Positions 1 to 14,900 of a DNA stretch of 64,000 bases are shown here, piece after piece; the stretch's first letter is position 1, and every line of letters starts with the position of its first letter. The translations under genes and the position numbers were made by a program. This DNA is from Octopus vulgaris (Eukaryota): positions 41,292,001 through 41,356,000 of the forward strand of contig OX597830.1 in the NCBI GenBank assembly GCA_951406725.2, written 5' to 3'. A model generated the notes under the pieces. That model saw only the letters and a program-made list of their open reading frames with translations. It was not told where the DNA came from and searched no databases.

Positions 1-801
1 TGTATGAAGCAGATATAATAGCAGAAGTAGTGATTAAATATGGTATCATGTGACATCCGGCATCAGCAAAAGTGGTCAACATTAGCCAGAGAGGAGTGGA
101 GTGGGGGTGTTTGTTTAGGAAAGCTTTAGTGTAATTTTTGGAATTTCTATTGTTAGCATTATGTATGTAATATCTGTCTGTCTGTCTGTCTAGTGTATAT
201 GTACACTGTTATTAAATAATATATGTAATTCCTATCAAATGTGTTGGGTGCCACTTTCTTTTGTTCGTTACTCAGTCATATACTCTCACATATGCCCACA
301 CACACAGACACATAGAAAAATTAAGAATTGCAGTTGACCAAATTGCTAAGGGGTCAGTTTATTTAATTTATCAAAGGGTCAGGTTGACATTATGTCCTCA
401 GCGCTCTACTCCATCCTTAACAAAGACATTTAATTCTTACTGGACCCTGCTTTACCAAGTTGTCTGTGGGTGCAATTCTATGGCACTACTCAACAGAGTA
501 AAAAGTGAAATCATCAAGATAGTCACCATTTTATCCATTCTTCTATTTTAGCATCAATTTATGTCCTCCTGCTGCTTGTAATACTTTTGTTTTTTGCTCA
601 ACATATTCTTACATGACCTCACCATTTCTTTCTTTAGCTTTTTTTAATCTTCTTTCCTTATCTCCTCCCTTGATACCTTCCTTTGTTAGTGCACATTTTC
701 AAATTTTTTTCCTTATTCAGCACTCCTTCCTTATTAGCATTGTGTTTACCTATGATTGATGATTGGTGCATTATGAATGGTGCATTATGATTGGTGCACA
801 G

Positions 802-1419
802 TTTACCTTTTTAGCATTCAGATTACTCTGTCAAATGCAATTCATATTTATTTGCATCATTTTGAATTAATCATGAATTTTATCCTAACTTCAATATTTC
901 AATGATGTTATTGTTTATATTACAATGACATTGTAGAGTAGGTGTGAGAGGCAGATCTTGCCAGATTGGACATAAAAGGAGTGGAATGTTTGGGCCTGAT
1001 ATGGCCAATTTAACCCTTTAGCATTCAGATTATTCTGTCAAATGAAATGCTTATTTATTCACATTCATCATCATTATCATCATCATCATTTAACATCTGC
1101 TTTCCTTGCTGGCATGAGTTAGACGATTTGACATGGAGCTGACTAGATTCCAGTTGTCTGTTGTGGCATGGTTTCTACAGCTTTATGCCCTTCTTAATGT
1201 CAACCACTTTACGGAGTATGCTGGGGGCTTTTTACGTACCATTGGCATGTTTTGATTTAATCTGCATTATCTCATATCTTTAAGATCTCGATGATGGGAT
1301 TATTTACATGTGGAGTGACATTGCAGGGCAGGTGTGAAAGGCCAAATCTAGCTGTTTTGTACATAAAACTGGTAGAATATTTTGGCCAGATATGGCTGGT
1401 TTAAATGCTAAAGTGTTAA
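802..1419. mobile_element. Two copies of a TTAA-flanked (piggyBac-like) MITE; the second is interrupted by a SINE tail
   Basis: TTAA(1010-1013) CCCTTTAGCATT ... AATGCTAAAGTG TTAA(1416-1419); 802-1009 is a similar copy. Confidence 0.65.
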
Positions 1420-3492
1420 AGATAAAGTCTTCAGTACCATCCCAGTGATGCAATGGATTATGGAACTTAATATTATCACTAGAGATGGCTGATTCAGGGT
1501 TTGACTTTAACCCTTTTGTTACTATATTTTTGCTGAAATATGATGTCATTACTTCAGTTAATTTTCAAAATAATGAAAAAAATATCTAAGTAACTTTGTC
1601 ATTATTAAACTGATGTTTAGAACATGTAATCACAGGTAGATTAGTGTCAAAAGGGTGGAAATAAGGTAGGAGTTTTAGAAAAAATATATTCCAATTAATT
1701 TGTTAATGAGAAGTGTCCAATGTTAACAAATATTATTTGTTATGGTCCACATGTTTCTTGAATATTTCCTATATTAATAGAAAAGGCAAAGATAATATAG
1801 AAGTAGGTTGAATAGCTTGTTTTGTCATATATACGTATAATGACTGTTGGTGGGAAGAGGGGTCAAAAAATATCCATAAAAAATAAGGATTTGCCTTACA
1901 GTTCGTATCATCACAAAGTCTGGTGTCTTGTAAGGACATGGGAAGTCTTAAATATAAGAAAATTTTTTATTTTTTTATTTTTAGCAAAGTTATTTTGGGA
2001 AAAAAATAAGAATAAATATAAGGAAAACTAGACCTTGTATTTGAGAATGTATAATATTTGGATTTTGTGTTCAAATCTCATGATGGAAGGGAAGGTCAAA
2101 CTTTACCTTCTGGGACATAGAAAAAAAAATGAAGTGGGTGGAATGTTGAAAGAAGCTGCAGAGTATCTGACCAAATGTGATTTTTGAGAGCTGGTACTCA
2201 AGTTTCATGACATTAAGTAGATGAGAAATAAATCTTCCACTGGATTGGATGCCAGTCCATTGCAGATATCTTTCCCCAGATAATGTAATAGTCATTTTGA
2301 AAGCTAAGTGAACTAAGGCAATCTAATATTAAGTGTACTACCAATGTACATTATGAAATGCTTGAAATGGAATTGAACCTGTGACTTATGAGTTAGTTAT
2401 CCAGTACCTTATCCACATAGCTACCCTCATTTTTTTTTTATCCGGTTTTATCTTTGTTCATTCTGAGTTAAATACTTCACTTGTGTGATCATCTTTGCTT
2501 TTCATCCATTCAGGGTCGATGGTATAAGTTAGCACATCACCACTAACATATTGGTGTTGATTGGGAATCAGTTGACTGCACCTGCCTCCACCTGTATAAA
2601 ATATTGACCAAAGAAATCAATATTTCCTATAAAAGAATTCTTGTGAGTTTGCCAAGGCTGCTCTAAATAATTCAGATATTTCTTTTCATTGTATAACAAT
2701 TCTGATTGACTGTCATCTGACGAAGGATTTTACTTTGAGTAATCTGATAGAATTCATAGCAGCATTAGCCTGCTTTAATTAATCTTTTCAAAGACCTCCA
2801 CCACTGCATGAATTACAATCAGTTTAAATGCTCGTCTAACTGGCTTGCTGCAAATATTTCCAATTTGTTAATTGATGCTGTATCAACTCTCTCATAAGAT
2901 TTCATTAACCGTATCAGTGTATCTCTTACAACAGAGTGAAGTGTTAAATTATTATTGATATTCAATTTACATTGATTTTACTTCTCATATCTTGATTCAA
3001 GACAAACATGATGGAATTTTCTTTGTGAATTCTTGAAACATTTCAACTAATTTTCCTGTCAGTTTCTTTTTTTCTCTCTCTCTCTCTCTTTTCTCTATTA
3101 TTATTTTTTTTGTTATTGTTTTGTTACATTTTTTTTTACTAAATTATGTAATTTTTTTTTAATTACTCTCCTTCATAGCTCTTTCTCACACTGCTTTCTC
3201 TCCACCATCTTCTCTGCCCCCACCCACCCACCCACCCATCCGATATTAATATTGATTTCTCTTACATTGGCATAAGGTCATAAATTTATAGGTGTGTGAG
3301 GTGAGGGGAGAGGGAGAGGGTATAAATGAATACATTAACACTCCGTATATCACTGGTACTTATTCGTTCAGAGTCAGGATTAAAGGGCAAAGTTAGTATA
3401 ATATATTATTAATGGTCTTATAGCAGCTATAACTAAAAAAAGACAAAAGAAAAAAAACCATAATCTTCCTCGCATCACCCACTTTCTCCACA

Positions 3493-3495
3493 TAT

Positions 3496-3548
<53 letters not shown>

Positions 3549-3575
3549 TTGCTGTTGTTACAACTACTATTATTA
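3493..3575. repeat. (ACT)n microsatellite
   Basis: Direct reading. Confidence 0.95.
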
Positions 3576-4044
3576 CTTTTACTGATAAATATTATGATTT
3601 GTATCATTGCTTACAAGGCTGAGGAGGGGTAAATATTGAATCAAATCTCTAACGGCAATTAACTCGTACTTACCTTATTGGCCCCAGGAAATAGGAAAAT
3701 CAACTGAATTAACATGGTGTTTGAACTCAGGATATATGCTGACATAACTAAATACGCACATATAAATACTTGAATGGTGATAGGCTGTGCTTGAGAAGAC
3801 CTTCCACCACAGCTCGTCTTTTTCTTAACAGCCCTTCTTCCATCAATCTTCTCCATTACCCTGTTTCCTTCCCCCGCTTCCCTTTCTACTGAAATGACAG
3901 TCTCTGTGCCCAATTCATTCATTCCCTGTCTCTAATCATCTGTCACACTATTCTTATATTCTCATCCTTTGTGCACTGACCTACCCATCCACCATTTCTG
4001 CTCCTTCATCATATCTTTTATATTCACCTTGTACTTTGACATCA

Positions 4045-4150
<106 letters not shown>

Positions 4151-4234
4151 GGTGGATAAGCCATGTATTCACCTCTTCTGCAAGACACCTGCTCCTGATC
4201 CTCTATCTTAGTTTCTTATCTCTCCATTCTATAC

Positions 4235-4583
4235 CCCACTCAGTCAGGTAACCTCCTTCGGTCATTAATGACCTTGGGATTGCACCTAGAAAGTTACCCT
4301 CCGAGGCACAAGCCTGGGCAAGGTTGTTTATTGAAGACCAGCAGGTGTCCAGGCATACCACACCCCCTCTCCACACCACTGATGTTATCCTAGGGAAAGG
4401 CAAAGGCTGATACAGCCCGGCATCTGTGATGTCGCAACTCATTTCTACAGCTGAGTGAACAGGAGCAATGTGAAATAAAGTGTTTTGCTCAAGAACACAA
4501 CTTATAGCCTGCTCCAGGAATTGAACTTACAACCGCACGATCATAAGCTCAACGCTCTAATCACTGAGCCATGTGCCTTCACA
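4235..4583 (-). mobile_element. Family E tRNA-derived SINE (plus-strand relative at 34652-34975)
   Basis: Minus strand head gtgaaggcacatggctcagtgattagagcg; internal tgtgcctcggaggg.aactttctag shared with ~34930. Confidence 0.75.
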
Positions 4584-5254
4584 AGATCCCTCAGTTGAGC
4601 TGATACTTGGTACTCTTGCTGATGCTGGTATCACATAAAAAAACTTTTGGTACACTCTGTGAAATGGTTGGTTGGCATTAAGAAGAGTATCCAGCTGTAG
4701 AAACCATGTTAAATCAGACTGGAGTCTGGTGCAGCCCCATCAGCTTGCCAGCTCTCATCAAACCATCCAACCTATGCCAGCATGGACAACAGACATTAAA
4801 TGATGATGATGATGATGTAAACACATTTTTTTAAAATACCATATTTTTTATTTGTAACTGGAACATCGGAAGGCATAGACGATAATGGCATAAACTTGCA
4901 GAGTTTCGTTCTTGTCATCTAAGTCCTTTTAATTCTTTAAAAGTCCATTTAATTCTTTAAGCTTCTCACCCTAATATGTCAGTGCTAATTACCTTATTGA
5001 GTGCTTTGTTTGAACTAGCTCTTGTTTACCCCGAATAAAAGTTCCTTTATTTTTAATCTTTATTTATTTATTTTGATCCCCACCTTTTTTTACAGTGCTT
5101 TTACTAGTTTTCATTGTTGTTTTTAAGAGTAGTTGACAGCTTTGGTTAATTTGTTACTAATTAGCAGTGCTGTATCAACTCTATTAAATTGGTTCCATAT
5201 TTGATTAAACCAGTGTGTGTGTGTGTGCATGTGTTTCTGTATATATATTTGTAC

Positions 5255-5305
<51 letters not shown>

Positions 5306-5818
5306 GTATTTATAAGTATATGTGTGTGTGTGCTTGTATGTATAGATGTGTGTATGTGTGTGTGTGCTTGTATGTATAGATGTGTGTATGTGTGTGTGTG
5401 GCAAGTGTATTGCTACTGCTTATTTCATGAAGCCAAGAAGTAGGTAAAGAACTGGCTTAGGCCATGCTGTTTGTTGCCTGCAATTTGATTTATTTCAGTT
5501 CAGGAATTGTACTGCTCACTTCTAGCTCTAATTATTTTTTATTAGGTAATCACTTCAGGAAGTACATGCTTCATAGAGTAGAGGGGTGTGCTAAGATTCC
5601 AGACCCCATAAAACCTAGTCTGCAAACCAGATTAGATTCTCTGCAAAGTCATTTCACTTGACTTTAGTTCTTTGAGCAGTGATTTCCAGCCTTAGTCACT
5701 TTCATGGAAAAGGATCTAACTTGACAAACTCTAACCAGCAAGGAAATTTTCTATATGGTTCCTCAATCTGCTAGAAATAGCAACTCAAGTCTAGATAGAT
5801 AGACAGATAGACAGACAG

Positions 5819-5879
<61 letters not shown>

Positions 5880-7018
5880 CAGATAGATAGATAGATAGAT
5901 AAATAGAGAGAGAGATAGACAAGACAGAAAGATAGACAGGACTGATAGATAGATAGATAGATAGACAGATAGATAGATAGATTCAATCAGTGCTGTTTTA
6001 CATAAGTAACCAAAATAAGGGTTCCATTCATCTAGCTGTAAATAGACACCACACAATTGGTAATAGACCATTGATGTAATTTGTGACATCCTTGTTAAAT
6101 ATTAGCATAACAAGTGGAATTCTGCTCCTTCTGTGGTTATGTGTGCATATAAAATAGACTTGCTACATACACATACATACATACATTTACATACACACAT
6201 ATAACACAAAGTGCATCATGCCAAATCATAAAGTAACATTATTACACAAGCACTAAAATCAAAAAGTGGCTTATTTAATAACAAATCAGAAACTTGTGAA
6301 CCTGAAAACAAACTTCAAATGTTCAGTGTGACTTAAAAATTCAATTGTAATTGTCAAAGTTATAAACTTAATGACTTCAACTGTTATATGGCCATACAGG
6401 CACAACACTTTTTCACAGGTTCGCCATGCATTTATAACAAACAATTGCAAAATACTATGTGACACAATACAAAGCTAGACAGGAAAACATTAGTGAACAA
6501 TACATTCACACTTTATTGAATTCCCCACAAAAATAGAAAATTATTGATACAAGAACTACTAATACCATAGCTCAATGCTCAACTAAATACTTGGAAAATG
6601 TACACATAACACAAACACAATAAACATATCGGATAATACATAAATCTAACACTAACATTTCCTATTTCGAATTGTGTAATTAAAGTCTACACAAATCTTT
6701 GCAGTAAAGTCTCTACAAAATACATTTGTATTTGTAAAAGAATGAATTCCATATTACATGACCAACAATACTTCACATCCTGAAGATGTGGTTGAGAAAG
6801 TCTAGAAATATTTGCTGATGAGTTTAGAATCATTAATGCTTCAAACAAACTGCAAAAGGCATATACAAAATATGAAAAATACCTTAATATAAAAGACAAA
6901 AATTAGAATGTAGTCTTGGTTTCACTACATTGTGTGTGTGTGTGTGTATAGATATATATACACATACATATATGTATGTGTGTGCATATATCCATCTATC
7001 TATCTATCTATCTATCTA

Positions 7019-7056
<38 letters not shown>

Positions 7057-7413
7057 TACACAGGCACTCATACACACACACATACATACATACACATTTG
7101 CCTGAAGATCTTGTGCACCTACAGGTGAAACTCAGAGTAGCAAGAGACTCACTCAATCAAAATAAAATATTGATTTCTATGATGTTATTGAGTACTCTTT
7201 TTTTCTTCTGAAAATTACTATGAAATGGATATAAAATACACACACACACGCAAACATATATAGCCTATACATGTGTGTATGTGTTGATGATATTTGTCCA
7301 ATTTTTGATATTATAAAGAAATAGCCAGAAGATTACATAAATTCAAACACTCACCCACACAAACAAAGCATCCACTCACAAACACAACAAACACATGCAC
7401 ACTTCCACAAACA

Positions 7414-7474
<61 letters not shown>

Positions 7475-7812
7475 CTCTCTTGTGTAATGAAGCGTAGCAT
7501 TTACTAACAGACTTTTACTAATGTACTTTGGATATTGTTCTTATTGTTACTGTTATTGCCATCTTCAAAGGAATTTAACTATTTTAGTTCTTCTTTGATC
7601 ATAATGTAACCACTACCACCACCATTTTTACCACCACACCCTGCCTCTTCCCCAAAGTATTGATACTTTGTCAGACTTCTCATACTCTCAGCACATGCAT
7701 ACACAAATATACACGCACATACACATATTATATATATATCATTTGTATTTTATATATATATATATATATATAATAATTATGTATATATCATATATATTAT
7801 ATGTATATATCA

Positions 7813-7863
<51 letters not shown>

Positions 7864-8379
7864 ATATACATGTTGTATATATTATATGTATGTGTGTGTA
7901 TTGAAAAGTTGCTGTTTCAAATGAGACTGTGGAACAGAAAACCTTTGCTCTACTTACCAACTGATGTTGGTAACATTAATGGAGTAAATTTCAGTCGTCT
8001 TCTGATGATCTGGTATGCAGGGTGATTATGCTACTGTCTGTAACAATGGCTGCATAATATACTAATACACACAAGTGAAACACATGTAAAGATTATGTAA
8101 CCTATGATGAAATAATAACAAATATTCTGTGATGTGCGTATATTAAGTATGATACATAGATATCTATATTATTCTAATACTGCCTCTACTCCATATACTA
8201 GACTTTTATTCAGCTGGGTGAATATTTGCAGTATCAGTCAATGCTTCATTCATTGTTTCTTACAAATCGGGTGTGACAAATATATAGGTAGGTGGCAGGC
8301 TATAAGTACACATGGTCATGATTCAGGTGTTGGCTTTCATGGTTTCAGTGTTGGTCATTTTTTTTTAGTTTGTTCTCAA

Positions 8380-8920
8380 TCTTATCTTGTTCTTGATCTG
8401 TTATTTTGACCAATTTCAGTCTCATTTTGATCTTTGTCTGGTTTTTTTCTTCATCTCATCTCATTCTTTTCTTCATCAAGCCTCAGCCTTTTCTTGGTCC
8501 ATTTTCAGCTTTTCTTTGATTTACTCCTCGTCTTCTTTATGTTGAACTTTTCTTCGTTTTAGTCTTATTTGATTTGGTCTCAGTTTTGAACTGTTCTTCA
8601 TCTGGTTTTTGTTTCGGTCTTTATTGATCTAGTCTCAGCCTTATTTTAGTCTTTTTTTTGCTCTTCATTTTCTGTTAGTCTTGTCTTTGTCTCATATCAG
8701 TCTTTCCTTGTTCTAGTCTAGGACTTCTCTTTTGGCCTTTTCTTGGCATCATTTTTTTTTCCTTTTTTCCCTTGATCTCAATCTTTATATTTTTCTAGTT
8801 CCTATATTTTCTTGTTGTCAGTTTATTCTTGGTCTAGCCTCAGCCCTTCCCTGGTGCTAGTCTTTTCTTGGTCACATCTCATTTTTTTCTATCTGGTCTG
8901 TCTTACCTTGGTCATGGGTT
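8380..8920. repeat. Degenerate pyrimidine-rich short-period repeat (tcttggtct-like)
   Basis: Strong T/C strand skew with recurring tcttg(g/a)tct and tctcagc motifs. Confidence 0.5.
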
Positions 8921-8927
8921 TTCTATG

Positions 8928-8965
<38 letters not shown>

Positions 8966-10098
8966 GCAATAAGCACCATTCATGCGTAGGTCATTGCCTG
9001 TGCTGGTAGCACGTAAAAAGCACCATCCAAACATGGCTGATGCCAGTGCTGCCTGTATGGCTCCTGTGCCAGTGGCACATAAAAAGCACCCACTACACTC
9101 TCGTAGTGGTTGGCATTAGGAAGAGCATCCAGCTGTTGAAGCATTGCCAGATCAGATTGGAGCCTGGTGCAGCCTCCTGGCTTCCCAGTCCCCAGTCAAA
9201 CCACCCAACCCATGCCAGCATGGAAAACAGACTTTAAACAATAATAATGATGATGATATGCAGCAGGCTTCCATGCAGTTTCAGTCAACAAGATTCATTC
9301 ACAAAGCATTGGTCATCTCAAGGCTCTAGTAGAAGACACTTGCTCAAAGTGCCATGCAGTGGGACAGAACCCAAAACCATGTGATTGCAAAGTCATGCCT
9401 ACATGGGTATAAATTACATTACATTGTTCAACTAATTCATATTGGTGTTATTTTGGTCAGCCAATGATTCTGCGTGTATTTCCCTCCCAGACGTGATCAA
9501 CTTCTCTGTTATTCTTTCAAAAATTGATTATTGCTTTTGTTCTTTTCATTTATCGGTCAAATGTTATTTTGCATTATTTATGTATTTATGTTGTTTTGTA
9601 AATCCTTGAAGTTAAATAAATGTATATGTATACACACACACACATACACACATGCACAGAGACATTCATGTGCAGTTGTGTGAGTATGTGTGTATCTCTC
9701 CCTTCACTCCACCTCTCTCTCTATATATATGTGTGTGTGTGTGTATGCACACATGTGTGTGTGTAGTGGTGAGAGAAAGAGAGGGAAGTGAATGAGTTAT
9801 GTTGCTTTTGATTTATGTCTTGTCTGTAAACTTTAGTTTTCATCTGCTCAACATCTCACTTGCTTAACTCACTTTAGTCTTGCTGTGTGTTTGTGTTGTG
9901 GCTCTATGTGTTCATCTGTAGGCTTTGTATCTACCTAGATGTATACACATAAAATACATGTATTCTCCCCTGTAATGTGTGTCTGTGTGTATGTATATGT
10001 ATGTCTATATATATGATATAATGATAAACTTATTGTATACAGGGCTCAGGTGCACTATGTATATGCGTATATAAGCATGTGTGTATGTATACATACAT

Positions 10099-10135
<37 letters not shown>

Positions 10136-10143
<8 letters not shown>

Positions 10144-10330
10144 GGGCATTACTAAACATAAATGCCTCACACTAGGAGGGGCTCTTACAGTCAAAACTAC
10201 CATTTATGTATAGTAATGCCCTTAATATAAATAAATGTATTTAAGAGGATTAATTGATGGATTTTTCCCTTATGAGATTTTTCATGCTAACTACTTGATA
10301 GATTCTTATAAAGATTTTATCCTATTTTTC

Positions 10331-10333
<3 letters not shown>
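10136..10333. mobile_element. Short fold-back with tail inside (TA)n
   Basis: tatattaagggcattactaaacataaatg (10136-10164) is the inverse of catttatgtatagtaatgcccttaatata (10201-10229); ~100-bp tail; (TA)n on both sides. Confidence 0.6.
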
Positions 10334-10387
<54 letters not shown>

Positions 10388-10634
10388 GTAAAAATGGCTA
10401 TGCATATTGACATATGTACAAAGGAGTATACAAATATTCTTATATTTATACACCTAGGCAGACACCTAGACAAGGCTGTGGTTCATGACTTTACCTTACA
10501 ACCATGCTGTGTTTGGTTTGATCCCGACAGCACACTAGATTCTTCTTCTGATTCTATTTGCATATCATGGCTAATATATGAAACAGTTCTACTCTGTGAT
10601 AACCTCTACCATTTGTTATAGAGAATCTATCATT

Positions 10635-10888
10635 TTTTTTATTCTTTTACTTGTTTCAGTTCTAAGACTGTTGCCATGCTGGAGCACTGTCTTAATTTTT
10701 TAATCAAATGAATCGACCCCAGTACTTGTTTTTTAAAATCCTGGTACTTATTCTACCAGTCTCTTTGGCCGAACCAGTAAGTTATGGGGACATAAACACA
10801 CCAACACCAGTTGCCAAGCGGTGGTAGTGGTGGAGGTGGTGGTGGGCAAACACCAAACATAAATACAAAGACACACAGACAAACAAGC

Positions 10889-10957
<69 letters not shown>

Positions 10958-11125
10958 TGTATGTACGTATGTATATATAATGGGCTTCTTTCAGTTTCTG
11001 TGTACAAAATCCACTCAGAAGGCTTTAGTCAGCCCAAGGCTATAGGAGAAGACACTTGCCTAAGGTGCCACACTGTGGGACTGAACCCAGAAACATGTGG
11101 TTGGGAAGCAAGCTTCATACCACAG
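10635..11125 (-). mobile_element. Family B SINE, minus strand (others ~9260-9400, 25390-25785, 59800-60150, 62150-62460 minus; 23825-23970, 62915-63075 plus)
   Basis: Reverse complement of the family B consensus (cttctttcagtttc...gaagacacttgcc.aaggtgccac..tgggactgaacc). Confidence 0.8.
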
Positions 11126-12479
11126 ACCCACCCTGCAAGGTTCCTCCTATGTGTGGATGTATTGTCAGAAATTATGTCTGTTCAAGTCAGCTTAGGTATG
11201 GTGGCATGAACATCACTGAATCTACCAACTGTTGGTTGATGCCCAAGTCTTCCCAGGCAATCCTCTAAACAATATATATATATATATCCTTGTGTGTGTA
11301 TGTGTGTGTGTTACTGTTTCCTTGCCTCAACATTGTGTAAGAGTTGTAAGCAAATATCACTGTCGTGTTAGCAGTGTCAGTCATTTCCAATATGCCAGGA
11401 AAACATGTCTGGTTTTCATGGGGAAATATTACTTTACTTGGAAACAAGTGGGGGTTGGCAACAGGAAAGGCATCTGACCATAGAAAATCTGCCTCAATTT
11501 CAATCCAATCCATGCTGGTATGAAAAAATGGACATTAAAACAGTAATACACTGAATTGGAAAGAGTTGAATGGGCATAGAGCAAAAGCAAGCAGTTTAAA
11601 GGATATGAAATCGTCAAACCTTAAGTCAACAGCATTATAACCCTGTCAACTGAATCTTGTAATGGTCCTGTTGTATATTAATCTCCATTTAAGATTATTT
11701 GGGTTACAGGAGTTACAGCATTGTTTACATTCCTTGGTTATTAACTTCAAAGTATTTTTGTGGAAGGAAAAACAAATACCTTTGTTGTATGTACTTGTGA
11801 AAAATTCTGATTTGAAATTGTGTGTTGAGTCTTAGAAAGTGACATTGAGGTCAAATCATACTGTTTAAAACAGATACACATACACACACATTCACTTTTA
11901 TTGTCACTTTTATTGTATTGTTTTTACAATAGACATTTGACAGGAATTTCGGTTGTGTTTCTGGGCAGGACATTTGTTGTATACTAAGCTCAATTCATCT
12001 ATCTGTCAAGAAAAGTTACCTGTGATAAAAGATTTATCTCTCGTTGTCTTTTCAATGCCTTAAGACCAATACTTATCTGCAACTCTTAAAAGCCCTTTGA
12101 AGTCTCAGAAGTATTTTTCTTATTGGCATCTACCAACTGAAGTATTTATGGTTTGTGTTTTATTATTGACACTGTACAGTGTTCTAGGACAAAAGAAATG
12201 TATTTTACTCTAACTTAGCTCAATCTATCTAGCTGTAAAGGTGTAATATAAGCTGACACAGTAAACTACAGGAGTAGTTAGTTTGAAAAGCTGAGTTCTA
12301 GGTTTCCTGCTGAAGGTAATTCTTGAACTCATATTTACAGTCCCTGTTCATGGCAGCGTTTTTTTATTTCTTTCTTTCTTTTTTAATAGTTTAGTGTAGA
12401 AGAAGGGACTCTTTTTAAAGTCTCTGCTTACTTTCCAAGACAATTGATGTCAGTGTGATAAATATTCTTACTGGAAAAC

Positions 12480-13320
12480 AATTACAGAACTACAGGAAAA
12501 AAGACCTTGAGCAGAGAGGAATGTAGAAATGGTTGACATTCAGGGGAGGAAATTTCGGACATCTTGATTGTTGTGTGGGACTGCATTAGGATGTAAACAC
12601 ACTATGGCTGATGGGAGGAGGATAGTTGAATGAGTCAGGTAGTGGGGATGCAAGATCAGCCAACCAGCTAGTTGCAGGAAGCAGAGGCCACTGAAGTAGT
12701 GGTAGAAAGAGCAATGAGAGGAGACATGTAGCACATCTGTGGATTAGATGTGCTATATATTTGTGAGTGACTGTGAGCAGGGTTAGGAGGTGGCACATCT
12801 TTGTGCCAGATGTTAACACATGTTTGTGAGTGATTCCATGCTAATCCACCAAGTGGCCCTTTTCGGGAGATGCAATCCAAATTACTGGTGCATGCAGTAA
12901 TAACACCAATCCAGACATGGGAGCTCTATTCCATTGCTATAGGATTTTAGTATTTGATCTGGTTATGGCTTATGAGTAATGTTTACTGCACAGTAGACTG
13001 TTCAACATTATAGTTGTCACACACACAGGTAAAACAATTAAATAGACAAAAATCATCTTCACTTCCAGAACATACTCAAGTCTTCAAATAGGAAGAAGGA
13101 GGTTATTGGAAATATTTTTACAGAAGTTGAATCGTGTTTACATCATGAGTTGATTAGCTGTGCAATTTTAGACATTTTGTTTGAAGTTGCTGCAGCAACC
13201 AGCATTCGACTGTGAAGTCAGTTCTTTTGACTGTAATTGCTTGGAGCTGGTTGTGCTGAGGTGTCTCCTTGGTGAAGAAAAGAAGGATGGAGGTGTACAA
13301 AACAATTGTGAATGCCTGAG
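12480..13320 (-). mobile_element. Decayed LINE RT fragment
   Basis: Minus strand contains ME*SSHVWIG (MEYxSHVW motif) near 12906-12935 and GDTS...SNY near 13230-13275. Confidence 0.5.
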
Positions 13321-14351
13321 TTAATAAAAGTTAATAAAACATTGAAGCAATGGTCCACAACTTTAACTACTCAACTATTCTAATGGAATAATGGTAATGT
13401 TGTTAGTGGAATTAAAATTGGCTTTATAAAGTCAACTATAATGATAATGTTAGTGGTGGTGGTCGTTGTTGTAGTAGTAGTAGTAGTAGTAGTAGTAGTG
13501 ATAGCAATTATGAGGGCATAAGGATGGTGGTGACGACAGTAAAATATTTATAATACACAGTTACTGCTTGTTTGCTAATGTAAAAACGTTTTAAGAGGTC
13601 TGTTCAATTGCACAAGTTATTGAGAATATTTTAATGCAGTCTTTATTCCTATATTAAAAAAAAAATAAAGAATTGCTTTTGCATAATTTTTTATTTATTC
13701 TTTTATTAAGCATTACGGACGTCACATGTATGCAAGTGCTGTTCAAAATACCTGACTACTTGAGTGATATTACTTCTTTTGTTTCGTCTGTGTGTCCTTG
13801 CATTACAAGTACTACGCATCCTCAAAAATATTTAGTATTACAAACACAACACACACACACACACACACATATAAAACTGAGAGTTTTTCTTTTTCATTTT
13901 TTGCATCTCATCTTTTACTGGTTGTATGTTTACTTGTTATTAAAGTTAAATCACGATAATTTTTCTCTTAATTAACTCTCTTTAGCTGAAAAAGTGTTGT
14001 TGTTGTTCTTGTTCTTGTTGTTATTTTAGATTTCTATAAAGCAGAGTAAAATTGCATTAAAAACTATGTCAATGTAAACATAACAGATTTTTGCTTTCTC
14101 TTACAAAACTCCAATGTCCAGGCGAGGCATGATGAAAAGAAATTTTTAACATTTGTCTCCCCTTTTCTCAGTGCACCTATTTTTCTAATCGGTCTTTCAT
14201 CTCGATCAAGAGTCTTTAATCGCTATCAGGCTGTCGATCATTTGGTACCAGGCCTTACAGAAAGAATAAATTGCTATTTCATTGACTATCACAGACTGCA
14301 AGATGTTTTTGAATTATATATGTTTTATACATATAAATAAATATATATATA

Positions 14352-14506
14352 GGCATAGGAGTGGCCTGTGGTAAGTAGCTTGCTTACCAACTACATGGTT
14401 CCAGGTTCAGTCCTACTGCGTGACACCTTGGGCAAGTGTCTTCTGCTTTAGGCTCAGGCCGATCAAAGACTTGTGAGTGGATTTGTGGACGGAAACTGAA
14501 AGAAGC

Positions 14507-14567
<61 letters not shown>

Positions 14568-14900
14568 CCAGCCGAAATTGCAAAGATAATCTGGAACTCG
14601 ACTGAGGATAAAAAGCTCTGAATGACTCATCCTTATTTTCTTTGTATCGTCTGTCTGGATGTTTTGCATTCTTGTCCCATTTTTGTATTATATATATATA
14701 TATGTATGTATGTATGTTTGTGTGTCTATGTTTGTCTCCGACACCATCGCTTGACAACCGATGTTGGTGTGTTAACTTAGTGGTTCAGCAAAAAGAGATG
14801 GGTAGAATAAGTACTAGGCTTACAAAGAATAGGTCCTGAGGTTGATCTGTGGCATGGCCACAATCAAAATGACTGAAAAGAAAAAAAGAATAAAAGAATA
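14352..14900 (+). mobile_element. Family B SINE with a 120-bp insert in its (TA)n tract
   Basis: Same consensus as 61419-61795; extra segment at 14566-14688. Confidence 0.8.

Noticed and set aside
6687-6899. 70-aa minus-strand ORF and nearby CTGAAGA box
   Set aside because: No recognisable protein motif; no helix II or helix I pairing for a hammerhead.
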